DNA of 64,000 nt from Candidatus Latescibacterota bacterium. Its GTDB lineage: Bacteria > Latescibacterota > UBA2968 > UBA8231. The DNA lies in assembly GCA_965242865.1 (NCBI GenBank), contig CBDETK010000013.1, forward strand, positions 5,216,001 to 5,280,000, in the 5' to 3' direction. This document shows positions 9,781-19,561 of the stretch, in pieces; the first letter of the stretch is position 1; each line of letters opens with the position of its first letter. Below the pieces are notes generated by a model. It ran no database searches. It was given only the letters and a program-made list of their open reading frames with translations, and was not told where the DNA came from. Both the position numbers and the translations under genes were made by a program.

Positions 9781-10569
9781 TCAGAGGGCGGGTTCGGCGG
9801 TTGACAGCTTCGCGCCATTATACGCCCATTGCAAGTGGATATGGCTGGTCAAGTCTTCATAGCTGGGATACCGCTCCAGCGTCCGTTCCCAGCAATGGGG
9901 CGTCAACACGCCCTGCACCGTTTGGTAGCTATTGTAATCCGTGATCCAAGTCGGCGGCAGAAAGCCGGAATTAGCTTGCCTGAACCATTGCGCTTCCTTG
10001 GGCGTCAGCTTTTCTCGGGTCTTGGCCAACAGGGCCGTGCGGCAGTCAAAGAGCGCCTCAAAATAGGGGCCGAACTTCCGGTCATCTACCAACACGACCT
10101 CAAAGCAATCCCCGTCCCTACTGCGCTCTTGGCCGAGGTAATCCAAGGCCACGCCCTCGCCCATAAAGCGGTCAATAAAATGCCACCGAACCGCTTCGCC
10201 CCGGTGGCGCATTGCGGCCAAGTCAGGGGGCAGGATGCCTCGATACCGCCCCCAGCGATCGTCAAAAAGGGCCTCGAATATCCCGCGCTCTCGCTTGGGA
10301 TTTTTGCTCACATAAGACGGGTTGGGGACCGCAGGGTTGAACGAAACCTCTACCTTGTATCTTTCTTTGGTGGCGATAGCGCGATCTCCCCATCCCTCGT
10401 AGTGCCAAGTCGCCACCGGATACAGGTAGGGGGTCACCGGAGGTGAGCCATGGCGTCGCGTCCTTCGGGCGGCAACTGCTCGGCAACTTCGCCAAGCGGA
10501 GCGGATTCGGCGAGTTCCTGCACGAGTTGCGCTGGATCCGCCTCGACAGCCCAGGCGCATCATTTCCAA
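9781..10569 (-). CDS. Hypothetical protein, 5' end uncertain (possibly truncated or chimeric)
   Basis: C-terminal ~215 aa read as plausible protein; the N-terminal ~45 codons are Arg/Ser-rich and look off-frame. Confidence 0.4.
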   Translation of the reverse strand: MEMMRLGCRGGSSATRAGTRRIRSAWRSCRAVAARRTRRHGSPPVTPYLYPVATWHYEGWGDRAIATKERYKVEVSFNPAVPNPSYVSKNPKRERGIFEALFDDRWGRYRGILPPDLAAMRHRGEAVRWHFIDRFMGEGVALDYLGQERSRDGDCFEVVLVDDRKFGPYFEALFDCRTALLAKTREKLTPKEAQWFRQANSGFLPPTWITDYNSYQTVQGVLTPHCWERTLERYPSYEDLTSHIHLQWAYNGAKLSTAEPAL

Positions 10570-10570
10570 C

Positions 10571-12169
10571 TCACCGCACCAGCATCAACCGGCGGGTCCG
10601 CATTTCCCCGCCGACCTTCAGCACGGCCCAATACGCCCCGCTGGCCACGCGGTCCCCGCGCCACCGCGCCAAATGCTGCCCGGCCGCGAGCCGCTCCGCC
10701 ACCAAAAGGGCCATGCGTTGGCCCAAAGCATTGTAGATCGCCAGCTCGACAGCCGCTTCCCTTGTCAAGCGAAAGGGCAGGTTCACCGCGCTGTTGGCCG
10801 GGTTCGGATAAGCCGGGGCCAAGTCGCTGGCCTCGGACCGCTCCTCTCCCTGCATCGCGATGACCGTGGGCGTGACATACCGGGCCGCGAGAGCAAAATC
10901 TCCGCCCGCCAGCGAGGCTCGGCCGACGATGACCGCGGCGCTATCGGCATCCGCGACCTGCACCTGCCCGGCGTTGGCCGCGTCAAGTTCCATCGCGAGC
11001 AGTTCCCCGCGCTGGTCGCGATGGGCATGCACCCACACGGCATAATGCCCCTCGGACGCACCGGCGAAATCAACGGCTACATCGCCCGCCGAGCGAATGA
11101 CCACATTGACCGCGCCCCATTGGTTGCCAACTTCGCCAGCCAGCACCGCGAAAGGCATCTCGGGCGCAGCCATGGCAGCGGCGCGACGGCCGCGCAGGGC
11201 CTCGTACCCAACCGCGTAGTTGGCCGCGATCCACAGCCGCCAAGCTCCCTCGAAGTTCTCGACCCAGTGTTGGCTTTTGAAGGCGTCGTCAATGCCCAAA
11301 ATGCCGTTGCGCGGCTCGGCGACGATTTGGCGAATCAACTGCGGCCCATAGCGCTCGGCCAAAAACGAGGCGAACAAATAGGTCTTGCCGTAGCTCGCGG
11401 CCTCAAACGTCCAATTCGTTAGATCGACACTGGGATCCGCGAGAAAGCTCGGCACCATGCTCGGATCGGCTTCGGTAGAATCTTCGGGAGAAGCCACGAA
11501 CGTTTCGGCATACCCAGCAAGCCCTTCGTCAATCCAGCGTTCCTCGTCGGCATCTCGGCCCCAGTGGATGAGGTGCTGAAGTTCGTGCGCTAAGGTCGCG
11601 TGGGCGAGGTCGGCCCTGAAGGCCAGCTTGCCCGCGTCGAGGTAAATCGTATCGCGCCGCAATTCGGGCGACGCCCGCTCGTAGAGCCCAGCGTCGAAAT
11701 AACCGGCCACGCGCGCGTCGGGAATGTCCAAGATCAGGATGAAGATGCGGGGGTCGCTGTCCTCATCGGCCGGCTCGCCAAAGGCATCGACCGCCATGGC
11801 AAACACCCCGCGCTCGGGATCGGCCGGGGTCGCCGCGTCAAAAAGCGCGCCTAGCTTATCTACGTCCGGCTGGGCCGCAACGAGGTCCCACTGGCTTTCC
11901 TCGACGAAGATGTAGCAGTGCGTCCCCTTGTAGCGGCAGGTAGCCAACTTGAGCACGGGTTCGGTCGGCACGTAAAAGGCGCGTTGGGTCCCCACCTCAA
12001 TCGGGCCGCGCTCTTGACGGGCGTCGCCGGCCTTGGCGGCTGGCGCGGGAAAGGACGCGCGGTGCTGGTCGAGCCAGCGCGTCCCGCACATTCGCTCTTG
12101 GGCCGCGACCGCCAGCGGCAACGCGAGCAGCCACGTAGCTAAGGCCGCTTGCGAGACGAACGAGGCCAT
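10571..12169 (-). CDS. Secreted zinc metallopeptidase (M30-like) with T9SS/FlgD-type C-terminal domain
   Basis: Signal peptide from ATG 12169 (TGATG overlap with upstream stop); 'LAHELQHLIH' HExxH plus 'WIDEGLA'; 'YPNPANS...LAIYNALGQ' C-terminal domain. Confidence 0.8.
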   Translation of the reverse strand: MASFVSQAALATWLLALPLAVAAQERMCGTRWLDQHRASFPAPAAKAGDARQERGPIEVGTQRAFYVPTEPVLKLATCRYKGTHCYIFVEESQWDLVAAQPDVDKLGALFDAATPADPERGVFAMAVDAFGEPADEDSDPRIFILILDIPDARVAGYFDAGLYERASPELRRDTIYLDAGKLAFRADLAHATLAHELQHLIHWGRDADEERWIDEGLAGYAETFVASPEDSTEADPSMVPSFLADPSVDLTNWTFEAASYGKTYLFASFLAERYGPQLIRQIVAEPRNGILGIDDAFKSQHWVENFEGAWRLWIAANYAVGYEALRGRRAAAMAAPEMPFAVLAGEVGNQWGAVNVVIRSAGDVAVDFAGASEGHYAVWVHAHRDQRGELLAMELDAANAGQVQVADADSAAVIVGRASLAGGDFALAARYVTPTVIAMQGEERSEASDLAPAYPNPANSAVNLPFRLTREAAVELAIYNALGQRMALLVAERLAAGQHLARWRGDRVASGAYWAVLKVGGEMRTRRLMLVR

Positions 12170-12774
12170 CAGTAGAAATGCCGCACCACGGAGAAAACCG
12201 CACCGGCCGGCCCCACTGCGACCTTGGGGACGAAGCCTGTATGCGCTTGATCCGCGCCGGCCGTGCGCGCCGCATGAATGGCGGCCACGAGGTGATTGGC
12301 AACCACCAATCCCGTCATGTAAAGTGCCTGCCGCCGCGCCTGCTGGCTCGCATTGCGCAAGGCGCGGTAGCGCTGGCGCGACTCGTCGCGATCCCATTCC
12401 CAGAAGAAGTCCGCGTTCACAGGATAGAGCGCGGCGTCTGGGCCGTCCTCGTAGCGGGCGAACTGGTTGTGCTCCAGCCGGCTCGCATAAAACCCCAAGT
12501 CGTCGAAATAGATGCGCCCCTTGCCCTTGGGCCGTGCGCCCGCATGTTCGGCCGCATGCGCCCGGTACTGATCGCGGCGCACTTGGCCCAACCACTCAAA
12601 GCCCCAATAGCCGCCCCACAGCGCCAATTCAGCGGCCAAGAAGCCACCGCCGCCGCCACGGGCGTATTTCTGCCCCCAACCGGGCACCAATAAGGAGCGC
12701 CAAAACGCCCCTTGGGCCTGCCCGGCCTCCGCCACGCCGGGCAGCAACAAAACCAACGCAATCCAGTGCCACAT
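12169..12774 (-). CDS. Hypothetical membrane/exported protein (DUF5683-like)
   Basis: 'AFWRSLLVPGWGQKY' and 'NHLVAAIHAA' motifs; ATG at 12774. Confidence 0.65.
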   Translation of the reverse strand: MWHWIALVLLLPGVAEAGQAQGAFWRSLLVPGWGQKYARGGGGGFLAAELALWGGYWGFEWLGQVRRDQYRAHAAEHAGARPKGKGRIYFDDLGFYASRLEHNQFARYEDGPDAALYPVNADFFWEWDRDESRQRYRALRNASQQARRQALYMTGLVVANHLVAAIHAARTAGADQAHTGFVPKVAVGPAGAVFSVVRHFY

Positions 12775-12778
12775 CAGC

Positions 12779-13696
12779 TCAATCCAATGGCTTGTACGCG
12801 ACGAGCATGGGCACGCGCTGCATGACCACTGCGAAGCGCGTCCGCTGCTGCAGGGCCGCTTCGCCCGCGCCGGCCGCCCGCGCCCGCGCCACCCGCGCCG
12901 CGTCAATGGCACTGATAACGTGATTGATCAGGATAACTCCGCTTACCGTGGAGGCTCGCTTGAGAAAGCGATTGCTGTCGTTGCGTTGGCCTTCGTAGCG
13001 CAGCCGGCGCTCGGAATGGAAATTTTCGACGGAATCGACTTCGGCCCACCCGACGGGATTGCCCGTGCCGCGCCGGACTACATCGTCCCAACCCGCTACA
13101 AATTGGTCGTATTTGCCGATCAACTCGTAGTATTGCTGGACCTCGCTCGACGCACACCCGCCAAAAGCCGCACTCCTATCTAACGCGCCCGATTCTTCCC
13201 CCGCCCGTAGCTGACTTAACCAGTCTCTGCGCGCCGGAACGTAGAACTTTTCTACGTGTTCGCCGCAGGGAAGCTCGTGCGTGATCGACGAATTGTCCGA
13301 GATCGTCGAGGTGCGCCAAGCGATGTATTCTTCTGGATCCCAGTGTTCGTCGGCCACGGCCCGGAACTCTTTCTCTAGGTCGTTGCCCTTGCTCCGCCAA
13401 GCCGCCCACAAGCCCACCAGCGCAGCTTCGGCCCCCAAGAACGCCAACCCCCGCTTCTTCGACCCCGCGTACCACTCGCCCAACCCCGGCACCAGCGCAG
13501 AGAGCAAAAACGCCCGCTTCGACGACTTGCCCTGGCGCGTTTCCACGTGCGGTGCTGGTGCCGGTTCAGCGTCGCTGTCCGCCGCCCGCAGCCCCACCAA
13601 GAACGCCTGCCCTTCCTCGCTCAAAATACTCGGCAATCCCTCGGCCCAGACGCTAGTGGCCGTTAGCATCACCAGCGCGATTCCTGTCCTCGTCAT
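12779..13696 (-). CDS. Hypothetical membrane/exported protein (DUF5683-like), paralogous to the neighbour
   Basis: 'AFLLSALVPGLGEWY', 'QYYELIGKYDQFVAGWDD', 'NHVISAIDAAR'. Confidence 0.7.
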   Translation of the reverse strand: MTRTGIALVMLTATSVWAEGLPSILSEEGQAFLVGLRAADSDAEPAPAPHVETRQGKSSKRAFLLSALVPGLGEWYAGSKKRGLAFLGAEAALVGLWAAWRSKGNDLEKEFRAVADEHWDPEEYIAWRTSTISDNSSITHELPCGEHVEKFYVPARRDWLSQLRAGEESGALDRSAAFGGCASSEVQQYYELIGKYDQFVAGWDDVVRRGTGNPVGWAEVDSVENFHSERRLRYEGQRNDSNRFLKRASTVSGVILINHVISAIDAARVARARAAGAGEAALQQRTRFAVVMQRVPMLVAYKPLD

Positions 13697-13744
13697 GCTC
13701 GCTCCTTTCTACATTTGCGTATTATGACTTGCAGCCTCTGGACA

Positions 13745-13788
13745 TTGTGTCCCCGCATCCTTCCCCTTGTGTCCCCGCGTCCTCCCCC
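13745..13788. repeat. Two tandem 22-bp imperfect copies in an intergenic region
   Basis: TTGTGTCCCCGCATCCTTCCCC followed by TTGTGTCCCCGCGTCCTCCCCC (2 mismatches). Confidence 0.6.
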
Positions 13789-13869
13789 TAGTCGTCACTT
13801 CCGCAAAAGAACGTCACCTCGTGCCCTGACATGGGGCGGGAATCCACCCAATCATACAGCCCGCTGTCA

Positions 13870-15102
13870 TTATCGCAAATACGCCCGCTCCACCTTGGCA
13901 AACGCCTCCGCAATATCCGCCACCTCTTGCGCGGCAAAATTCTCGTGAATCGACAGAATGAAATGGCTCTCAACCGCGGCGACGGCGTTGGGGCAGGCAA
14001 ACTGGGCATTGCGGTCTCCCCGATAGGCCGGCAATCCCCACGGATAGTCGCTGCCCGGAAAAACCCGCCGCTCCTTAAACCAGATCGCCTCGGAGGGGAT
14101 ATAGCGATACGTGGCCGTCACCGGAATGCCCTCGGCGGCCACGGCCCGGGCAAAGCCGTCTTTTCCCACCCGGAGCTTGGCCGCATCTACGCGAAAGCGC
14201 ATAAACCAGTACGCGCCCTCGGACTCAGGCACCTGCCACCCCAGCCGCACCGCTTGGCACTCGGCAATAGCCGCGGCGATCTGCGCGGCCACCCGCCGCC
14301 GCTGGGCGACCATCGCATCGAGCTTTTTCAGTTGCACCCGCCCAATGGCGGCCGACAGGTCGTTGCCGTTGAGATTGAGCCCGGCGCGCACGTTGGAGGC
14401 CGCATCCGCATTAAAGGGCTTGCCCCGGTCGGCAAAGCGCTTGGCCTCCCAGCAAAGTTCTTGGTCGCGGGTAAAGACTACCCCGCCCTGCGGCCCGGTG
14501 GCGTGGTGCTTGCCGCTCATGGTCGAAAAGGCCGCCACCGTGCCCAGCGATCCCGCTAGCTGGCCCTTGTAGCACGCCCCGTGGGCTTGGGCGCAATCCT
14601 CAACGACCGGGATGCCGCGCTCCGCGGCGAGCGCCAGAATCGGCGTCATATCCGCGGGCTCGCCGGCAATGTGGGCCACGACAATGGCGCGGGTGTGGGG
14701 CGTTAGCACAGCCTCGATCTGGGCGGCTCCAGCGTTGAACGACCCCGGCGCGGCATCGGCGACCACGGGCACTTGGCACAACAGGGCCGCAGGCATGGCC
14801 CCACCCGGGTCCGTAATCGGCGGAATTACGACCTCGCCAGCCGCTGCGAGCTTTAAGGCCCCCAATGCCGCGTAGAGTGCCGCAGTACCCGAGTTGACCA
14901 AATCGGCGTAGCCGCCCCCCATAAACGCGGCAAACTCCCGCTCGTAAGCCAATTCCTCCGGCCCACTGTAGCCGATCGCCTCGCCGCTCGCCTGCGCCGC
15001 CGAGAACATCCCCAGCGCGGCTTGGCGTTCCTCAGCCCCAAAAAGATGCCGCTTGGGAAATGGCGTCTCGCGGACCTTGGGGCCTCCGTCTATTGCCAAC
15101 AT
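13870..15102 (-). CDS. DegT/DnrJ/EryC1/StrS family PLP-dependent aminotransferase
   Basis: 'LAIDGG', 'VNSGTAAL', 'VVEDCAQAHGA', 'FSTMSGKH'; GGAGGAG RBS. Confidence 0.9.
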   Translation of the reverse strand: MLAIDGGPKVRETPFPKRHLFGAEERQAALGMFSAAQASGEAIGYSGPEELAYEREFAAFMGGGYADLVNSGTAALYAALGALKLAAAGEVVIPPITDPGGAMPAALLCQVPVVADAAPGSFNAGAAQIEAVLTPHTRAIVVAHIAGEPADMTPILALAAERGIPVVEDCAQAHGACYKGQLAGSLGTVAAFSTMSGKHHATGPQGGVVFTRDQELCWEAKRFADRGKPFNADAASNVRAGLNLNGNDLSAAIGRVQLKKLDAMVAQRRRVAAQIAAAIAECQAVRLGWQVPESEGAYWFMRFRVDAAKLRVGKDGFARAVAAEGIPVTATYRYIPSEAIWFKERRVFPGSDYPWGLPAYRGDRNAQFACPNAVAAVESHFILSIHENFAAQEVADIAEAFAKVERAYLR

Positions 15103-15307
15103 TTGACTCCTCCCTTCCTAAACCGCGGCGGCCTTGCGCCGCCCCAGTGCAATGGTACGCGCCGCGCTTTCATCTCGGTCCCAGTCCAGACCGCCGGCAC
15201 TCCGCAAGTGCCGTTTGCCGACCTTGCCACTGGCGCGAGCGAGCGACACGCCAGTAATTTAGCCAGACCGCACCGCTCGCCGCTTACAACGTACACCGCT
15301 CCCGATT

Positions 15308-15672
15308 TGCCCAAAAGACACGATCCCTATTCCAGCCTGCGCGTCCCGCTCTTCCGGCGCTATCTCATCGCCTCCTCGCTAGTGCGGCTGGGTACGGCCG
15401 CCCAAGGTTTGGCCATCGGTTGGGAGGTGTACGACCGCACCGGCCAAGCCCTCTCCCTCGGCATGGTCGGCCTCGTCCAAGCCATCCCCATGCTGCTCTT
15501 GACCCTGCCCGCCGGGTATTTAGCCGATGTCTTCGACCGCCGCAAGCTCATGATGCTCAGCCTAGCCGGCGCGACCCTCTGCTCGCTGCCCTTGGCCGCC
15601 TTTAGCTGGTATCAGATGCCGGTCCTTTGGATGTACTGGCTGCTCTTTTTGGACTCGTCCTTCCGCCGCCTA
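15308..15672 (+). pseudogene. MFS transporter, N-terminal fragment only
   Basis: 'GWEVYDRTG..LSLGMVGL', motif A 'GYLADVFDRRKL'; MFS-like sequence stops at 'FRRL' just before the IS. Confidence 0.8.
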
Positions 15673-15691
15673 GATACCAACGCCACAATAG

Positions 15692-16580
15692 TAACTAATG
15701 GTGCTAGTGTTTTACAATCCGAACTCGGCGATAGACAATGGGACGAATCCGTTTTCATCGGGTTGGAATCCATGCCACTGCACCAGCAGGTTGAAGGCGG
15801 CCATGGCGAAGCGGAGATGGGCGGTGAAATACGCCCACGCTCGATGGGTCTGCTGCTTAAAGCGGCGGGTTCGGGTGAGCATGGAAAAGACGGTCTCAAT
15901 GAGCATCCGCTCGTTCCACGTGTTGCGAGGACAGACTTTCAGGTTGGCCGGATTACCGGCTTGGGCATGAAAGCCTGGGTCGCTGAAGAGGATCATCTGC
16001 TGTTGGAAGCGTCGGATCATCGGATGAAAGACCGTATCGTGGACTTATGCCGTATTCCAATCCCAATCGACGATCCGGCCCCACTGATTGACGATAACGC
16101 AGAGCTTACCGCCGACGATCCAACGATGATTGGAGAGCCCTTTCTTCCCAATGGCGTGCTGCGCCCGGCCTTGACGCACCGGATGGCGCAACTCAATGCC
16201 ATAGCTGTCGACCACCCCCAATGTCGTCGGCGCGGCGCGGAAGCGGTCGGTCCACTCGGCATGAGCGGCGAATAAGCGAAACAAGCGGGTGCGCGATGGT
16301 AGGCGCGGGAACCAAGTGTGCCAGTCCCGCACCAGCCCGTGGTAAAATGCCCGTTTACCCCCGCCTTTGAGCGCATACAACACCCCTAAGGTGACCACCT
16401 CACTAGGAATAAGGACGCTTGCGGGTGTTTGGGCACGTCAAGCATTTGATTGTCGATTCGGTAGAACAGGGCTATTATAAACTCGGCCGTGGTCGTCGGA
16501 ACGCTCCTGGGCTGAAAGGTTAGATACTCTCAGCGTAGGAACTACTTTGACCACGGTCAACATACTAGCACCATTAGTTA
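15692..16580 (-). mobile_element. IS982-like insertion sequence with inactivated transposase
   Basis: Perfect 17-bp terminal inverted repeats TAACTAATGGTGCTAGT (15692-15708) and ACTAGCACCATTAGTTA (16564-16580); DDE transposase with in-frame TAA at 16045-16047 and a frameshift near 16410. Confidence 0.8.
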
Positions 16581-16624
16581 ATAAGGAACCGCGCCCACCG
16601 CAGGGCCAAAAACCTGGCGACGCA

Positions 16625-17419
16625 GGTGCTGTAGCCCATTTATCGAAAGTTCATAACATATTATTTTATATGACCTTATATATTCTTTTCGGTGTTGGTA
16701 TTTTGCTGTAGTCATAAAGATGCCGTTAAGAACGGCCGGCGGCAAGGTAAGCAACGGTATCGGTGCCGAGGCTGTGGCTGTACGTATACGCAAAGTTGGT
16801 CGGGTAAAGTGCATCCGCGGATCAAGCCGATGGCGATTCTGCTGTATCTGAACGGGTTGGGCTTCCGTCGGATTGGTCAGGTGCTGGGCGTCAGCCATGT
16901 GAGTGTGCAACGCTGGTGGCGCCAGCAGGCCGAAGGGGTCCACCCGACCCGGCCGGCGGCCAGGAGCCCATTCGAGATCGTGGAATTGGACGAATTGTGG
17001 CACTGGCATGGAAAAAAAACGTCCCATCTGGCTTTGGCTTGCTGTGGATCGAGCCCGTGGACGAATCCTCGCTTGGCCGTTGGGTTCTCGTGGGCAAAAA
17101 ACCTTGAGACGCCTGATGACACAACTCGCTCCCTTTCGCATTGGGCACTTTGCCACCGACTCGTGGAAAGCCTACCGGATCCTTGCTGACCAGCACCACA
17201 TCCAGAGTAAAAAGGCAACCTACACCGTAGAGGGAGTGAATTGTCGATTCAGACACTTTTTTGCTCGGTTCCGGCGAAAAACCTTGTGCTATACCAAGAG
17301 TCTGGAGGTGCTCTATCGCAGCATCCCACTCTATGTCGACTACCTCAATACAAGAATGACAACCTAAAAATACCAACGCCTTCTTTTCTACTCGACTGTA
17401 ACCAAATTGGCACAAGCCC
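16625..17419 (+). mobile_element. IS1-family element (InsA 16692.. and InsB ..17367, junction at an A8 run)
   Basis: 'VKNG...GKQRYRCRGCG' zinc ribbon, 'ELDELW', 'IWLWLAVDR', 'TDSWKAY', 'VEGVNCRFRHF'; ends approximate, imperfect IRs. Confidence 0.82.
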
Positions 17420-17639
17420 TTGATGAGCCGTTGGGCCGCCTTATATTAAGTGAGTGGCGGTGATTAGGGCCTTCTGTACAACTCCCCTGAGTACAGTTTT
17501 GGCGGCTCCCTTCTGTTGAGGGAGCGGGCCATTGGCTCGCTTAGTTTGTTGCTCATTAAATAGCACGGAGCCGCGCTTGGGCGCGGTGCCGATTCGCTAG
17601 TTGAGCCTTTTTATAGGCTTTGACGAGACAAGTATAGGT

Positions 17640-18416
17640 ATGGGCAAAATCATCGCTATCGCCAATCAAAAAGGCGGAGTTGGCAAGACCACTACGGCCG
17701 TCAATCTCGCCGCCTGTCTGGCCCTTTCCGGGTGCCGCACCTTACTCATCGACTTAGACCCACAGGCCAATGCCACTAGCGGCTGCAACGCCGAGCTCGG
17801 CAGCAACCACGCCTCTACCTACGAGGTTTTGCTCGGCCAGTTCAGCACGGCCTCGGCAATTTTTTCCACCGATATAAAGGGCCTTTTCATAGTGCCCGGG
17901 CACATCCGGCTCGCCGGAGCCGAAGTGGAGATGGTCGCCAGCGTCGGGCGCGACAAGCGGCTGGCCCAAGCCCTGCGCCCGGTAAAGGAACAGTACGAAT
18001 TTATACTCATCGATTGCCCGCCATCTTTGGGCTTTCTCACGATCAACGCGCTAAGTGCGGCCGACTCCGTTCTCATTCCGGTGCAGTGCGAGTATTATGC
18101 CTTAGAAGGCGTGAGCAATCTCAGTAATTCCATCCGCGTCGTGCGGCACTATCTCAACCCCGACCTCGAAATCGAGGGCGTTTTACTCACTCTGTACGAC
18201 GATCGCCTGCAGCTTTGCCGCCGCGTGGCCCAAGAAGTGCGCAACCACTTTGGCGATAAGGTTTATCAGACGGTCATCAACCGCAACATCAGCTTGGCCG
18301 AGGCCCCGGGGTTTAACCAGCCCATCGCACTCTACGACGCAGCATCGAGAGGCTCCAACAACTACAACAGCTTGGTGGCCGAGTTCTGCGCCGATAGGTC
18401 CCCTATCTTAGTCTAA
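17640..18416 (+). CDS. parA: ParA/Soj family ATPase
   Basis: 'NQKGGVGKTT', 'DLDPQANAT', 'IDCPPSLG', 'PVQCEYYALEG', 'LAEAP'. Confidence 0.93.
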   Translation: MGKIIAIANQKGGVGKTTTAVNLAACLALSGCRTLLIDLDPQANATSGCNAELGSNHASTYEVLLGQFSTASAIFSTDIKGLFIVPGHIRLAGAEVEMVASVGRDKRLAQALRPVKEQYEFILIDCPPSLGFLTINALSAADSVLIPVQCEYYALEGVSNLSNSIRVVRHYLNPDLEIEGVLLTLYDDRLQLCRRVAQEVRNHFGDKVYQTVINRNISLAEAPGFNQPIALYDAASRGSNNYNSLVAEFCADRSPILV

Positions 18417-18446
18417 TTCCCGGTCTGCATTCGTTGTTCTTAATTC

Positions 18447-18474
18447 TTGACAATCGTCTTTGTTCGCCTATTAT
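18447..18474 (+). promoter_or_regulatory. Putative sigma-70 promoter of the sigma-54 activator gene
   Basis: TTGACA (18447-18452), 16-nt spacer, TATTAT (18469-18474) in an AT-rich stretch; GGAGG RBS at 18515-18519. Confidence 0.55.
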
Positions 18475-18525
18475 ATTCACTTATGTATTAAATATCCAAA
18501 TGAGAAAAAGAAAGGGAGGTTATCT

Positions 18526-19554
18526 GTGTATTCTGGTACGTCTGCCAACTCGGACGCAGCTACTCGAATGGGTGCGTCCTCCCCCTGCTGTACTAACCAT
18601 GCCGAATTTATTACCCAAAACGCCCAAGTCCGCCGCCTGTTGGCCCAAGCGGACCGGGTCGCCAAGTCTCCAGCGACCGTGCTCCTCACCGGCGAAAGCG
18701 GCACCGGCAAAGAAGTGTTGGCGCGGCGCTTGCACCGGCGCAGCCCAAGGCGCCGGGCCTCGTTTGTGCGGCTCAACTGTGCCTCGCTGCCCGAAGGCGT
18801 ATTGGAGAGCGAGCTGTTCGGGCATGAGAAAGGAGCCTTTACCGGTGCGGTCCGCCAACGCTTAGGCCGCTTTGAGCTAGCCGATCGCGGCACCTTGTTT
18901 CTCGACGAGATTGGCGCGGCCGATATGCGCGTGCAACTGCGCCTGTTGCGCGTTTTGCAAGAGCGCGAATTTGAGCGAGTCGGGGGTACGGAGACCTTGC
19001 GAGTGGATGTGCGGGTTATCGCCGCGACCAACGTCAACTTATGGGAGGAGACCCGCAAGGGAACCTTCCGCGAAGACCTCTTTTACCGGATCAACGTCGT
19101 GCCGCTAAAGCTGCCGCCGTTGCGCCAGCGCAAGGGCGACATTCCCCTGTTGATCGAATACTTTATCCGCCGCTTGGCCGCGCAAAACAGGTGCAAAATT
19201 CACGGCCTCGAGGCCGCGGCCCTAAACCACCTCTTGGCCTACCCATGGCCGGGCAATGTGCGGCAATTGGAAAACGCGCTCGAGCGCATGGTCCTCCTCG
19301 CCGGCGACAGCTTGTTGCGAGAGGAGGATGTGCCCGAAGAAATCGTCCACTGGAAGGATGAAGACGAGCCCGAACCGGGCCAGCGCGGTTTTAGAGAAGC
19401 GCGGAACTCGTTTGAGCGGCACTTTCTCTGCGATGCCCTGCACCGGCACCGCGGGGTGATTTCGCAAGTGGCCGAAGATGTGGGGCTGTCTCGCAAAAGC
19501 CTGTACGCAAAGCTAGAACACCTCGAGATCGACTACCAACACTACCGCACCTAG
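18526..19554 (+). CDS. Sigma-54-dependent transcriptional activator (AAA+ and Fis HTH, no N-terminal sensor)
   Basis: 'GESGTGKE', '[15 protein letters not shown]', 'LFLDEI', 'WPGNVRQL'; GTG start after GGAGG. Confidence 0.92.
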   Translation: MYSGTSANSDAATRMGASSPCCTNHAEFITQNAQVRRLLAQADRVAKSPATVLLTGESGTGKEVLARRLHRRSPRRRASFVRLNCASLPEGVLESELFGHEKGAFTGAVRQRLGRFELADRGTLFLDEIGAADMRVQLRLLRVLQEREFERVGGTETLRVDVRVIAATNVNLWEETRKGTFREDLFYRINVVPLKLPPLRQRKGDIPLLIEYFIRRLAAQNRCKIHGLEAAALNHLLAYPWPGNVRQLENALERMVLLAGDSLLREEDVPEEIVHWKDEDEPEPGQRGFREARNSFERHFLCDALHRHRGVISQVAEDVGLSRKSLYAKLEHLEIDYQHYRT

Positions 19555-19561
19555 CTCACAC

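Noticed and set aside
12170-12595. Long N-terminal extension of the peptidase ORF (likewise for mreD, rraA, PhyH and acetamidase ORFs)
   Set aside because: Overlaps neighbouring genes or lacks family features; downstream ATGs with RBS or translational coupling fit better
15022-16275. 417-aa ORF as a real gene
   Set aside because: Chimera of intergenic DNA, the MFS fragment and the antisense strand of the IS transposase
17420-18520. Replication origin or parS site near parA
   Set aside because: No DnaA-box cluster or parS palindrome seen; no parB or dnaA nearby
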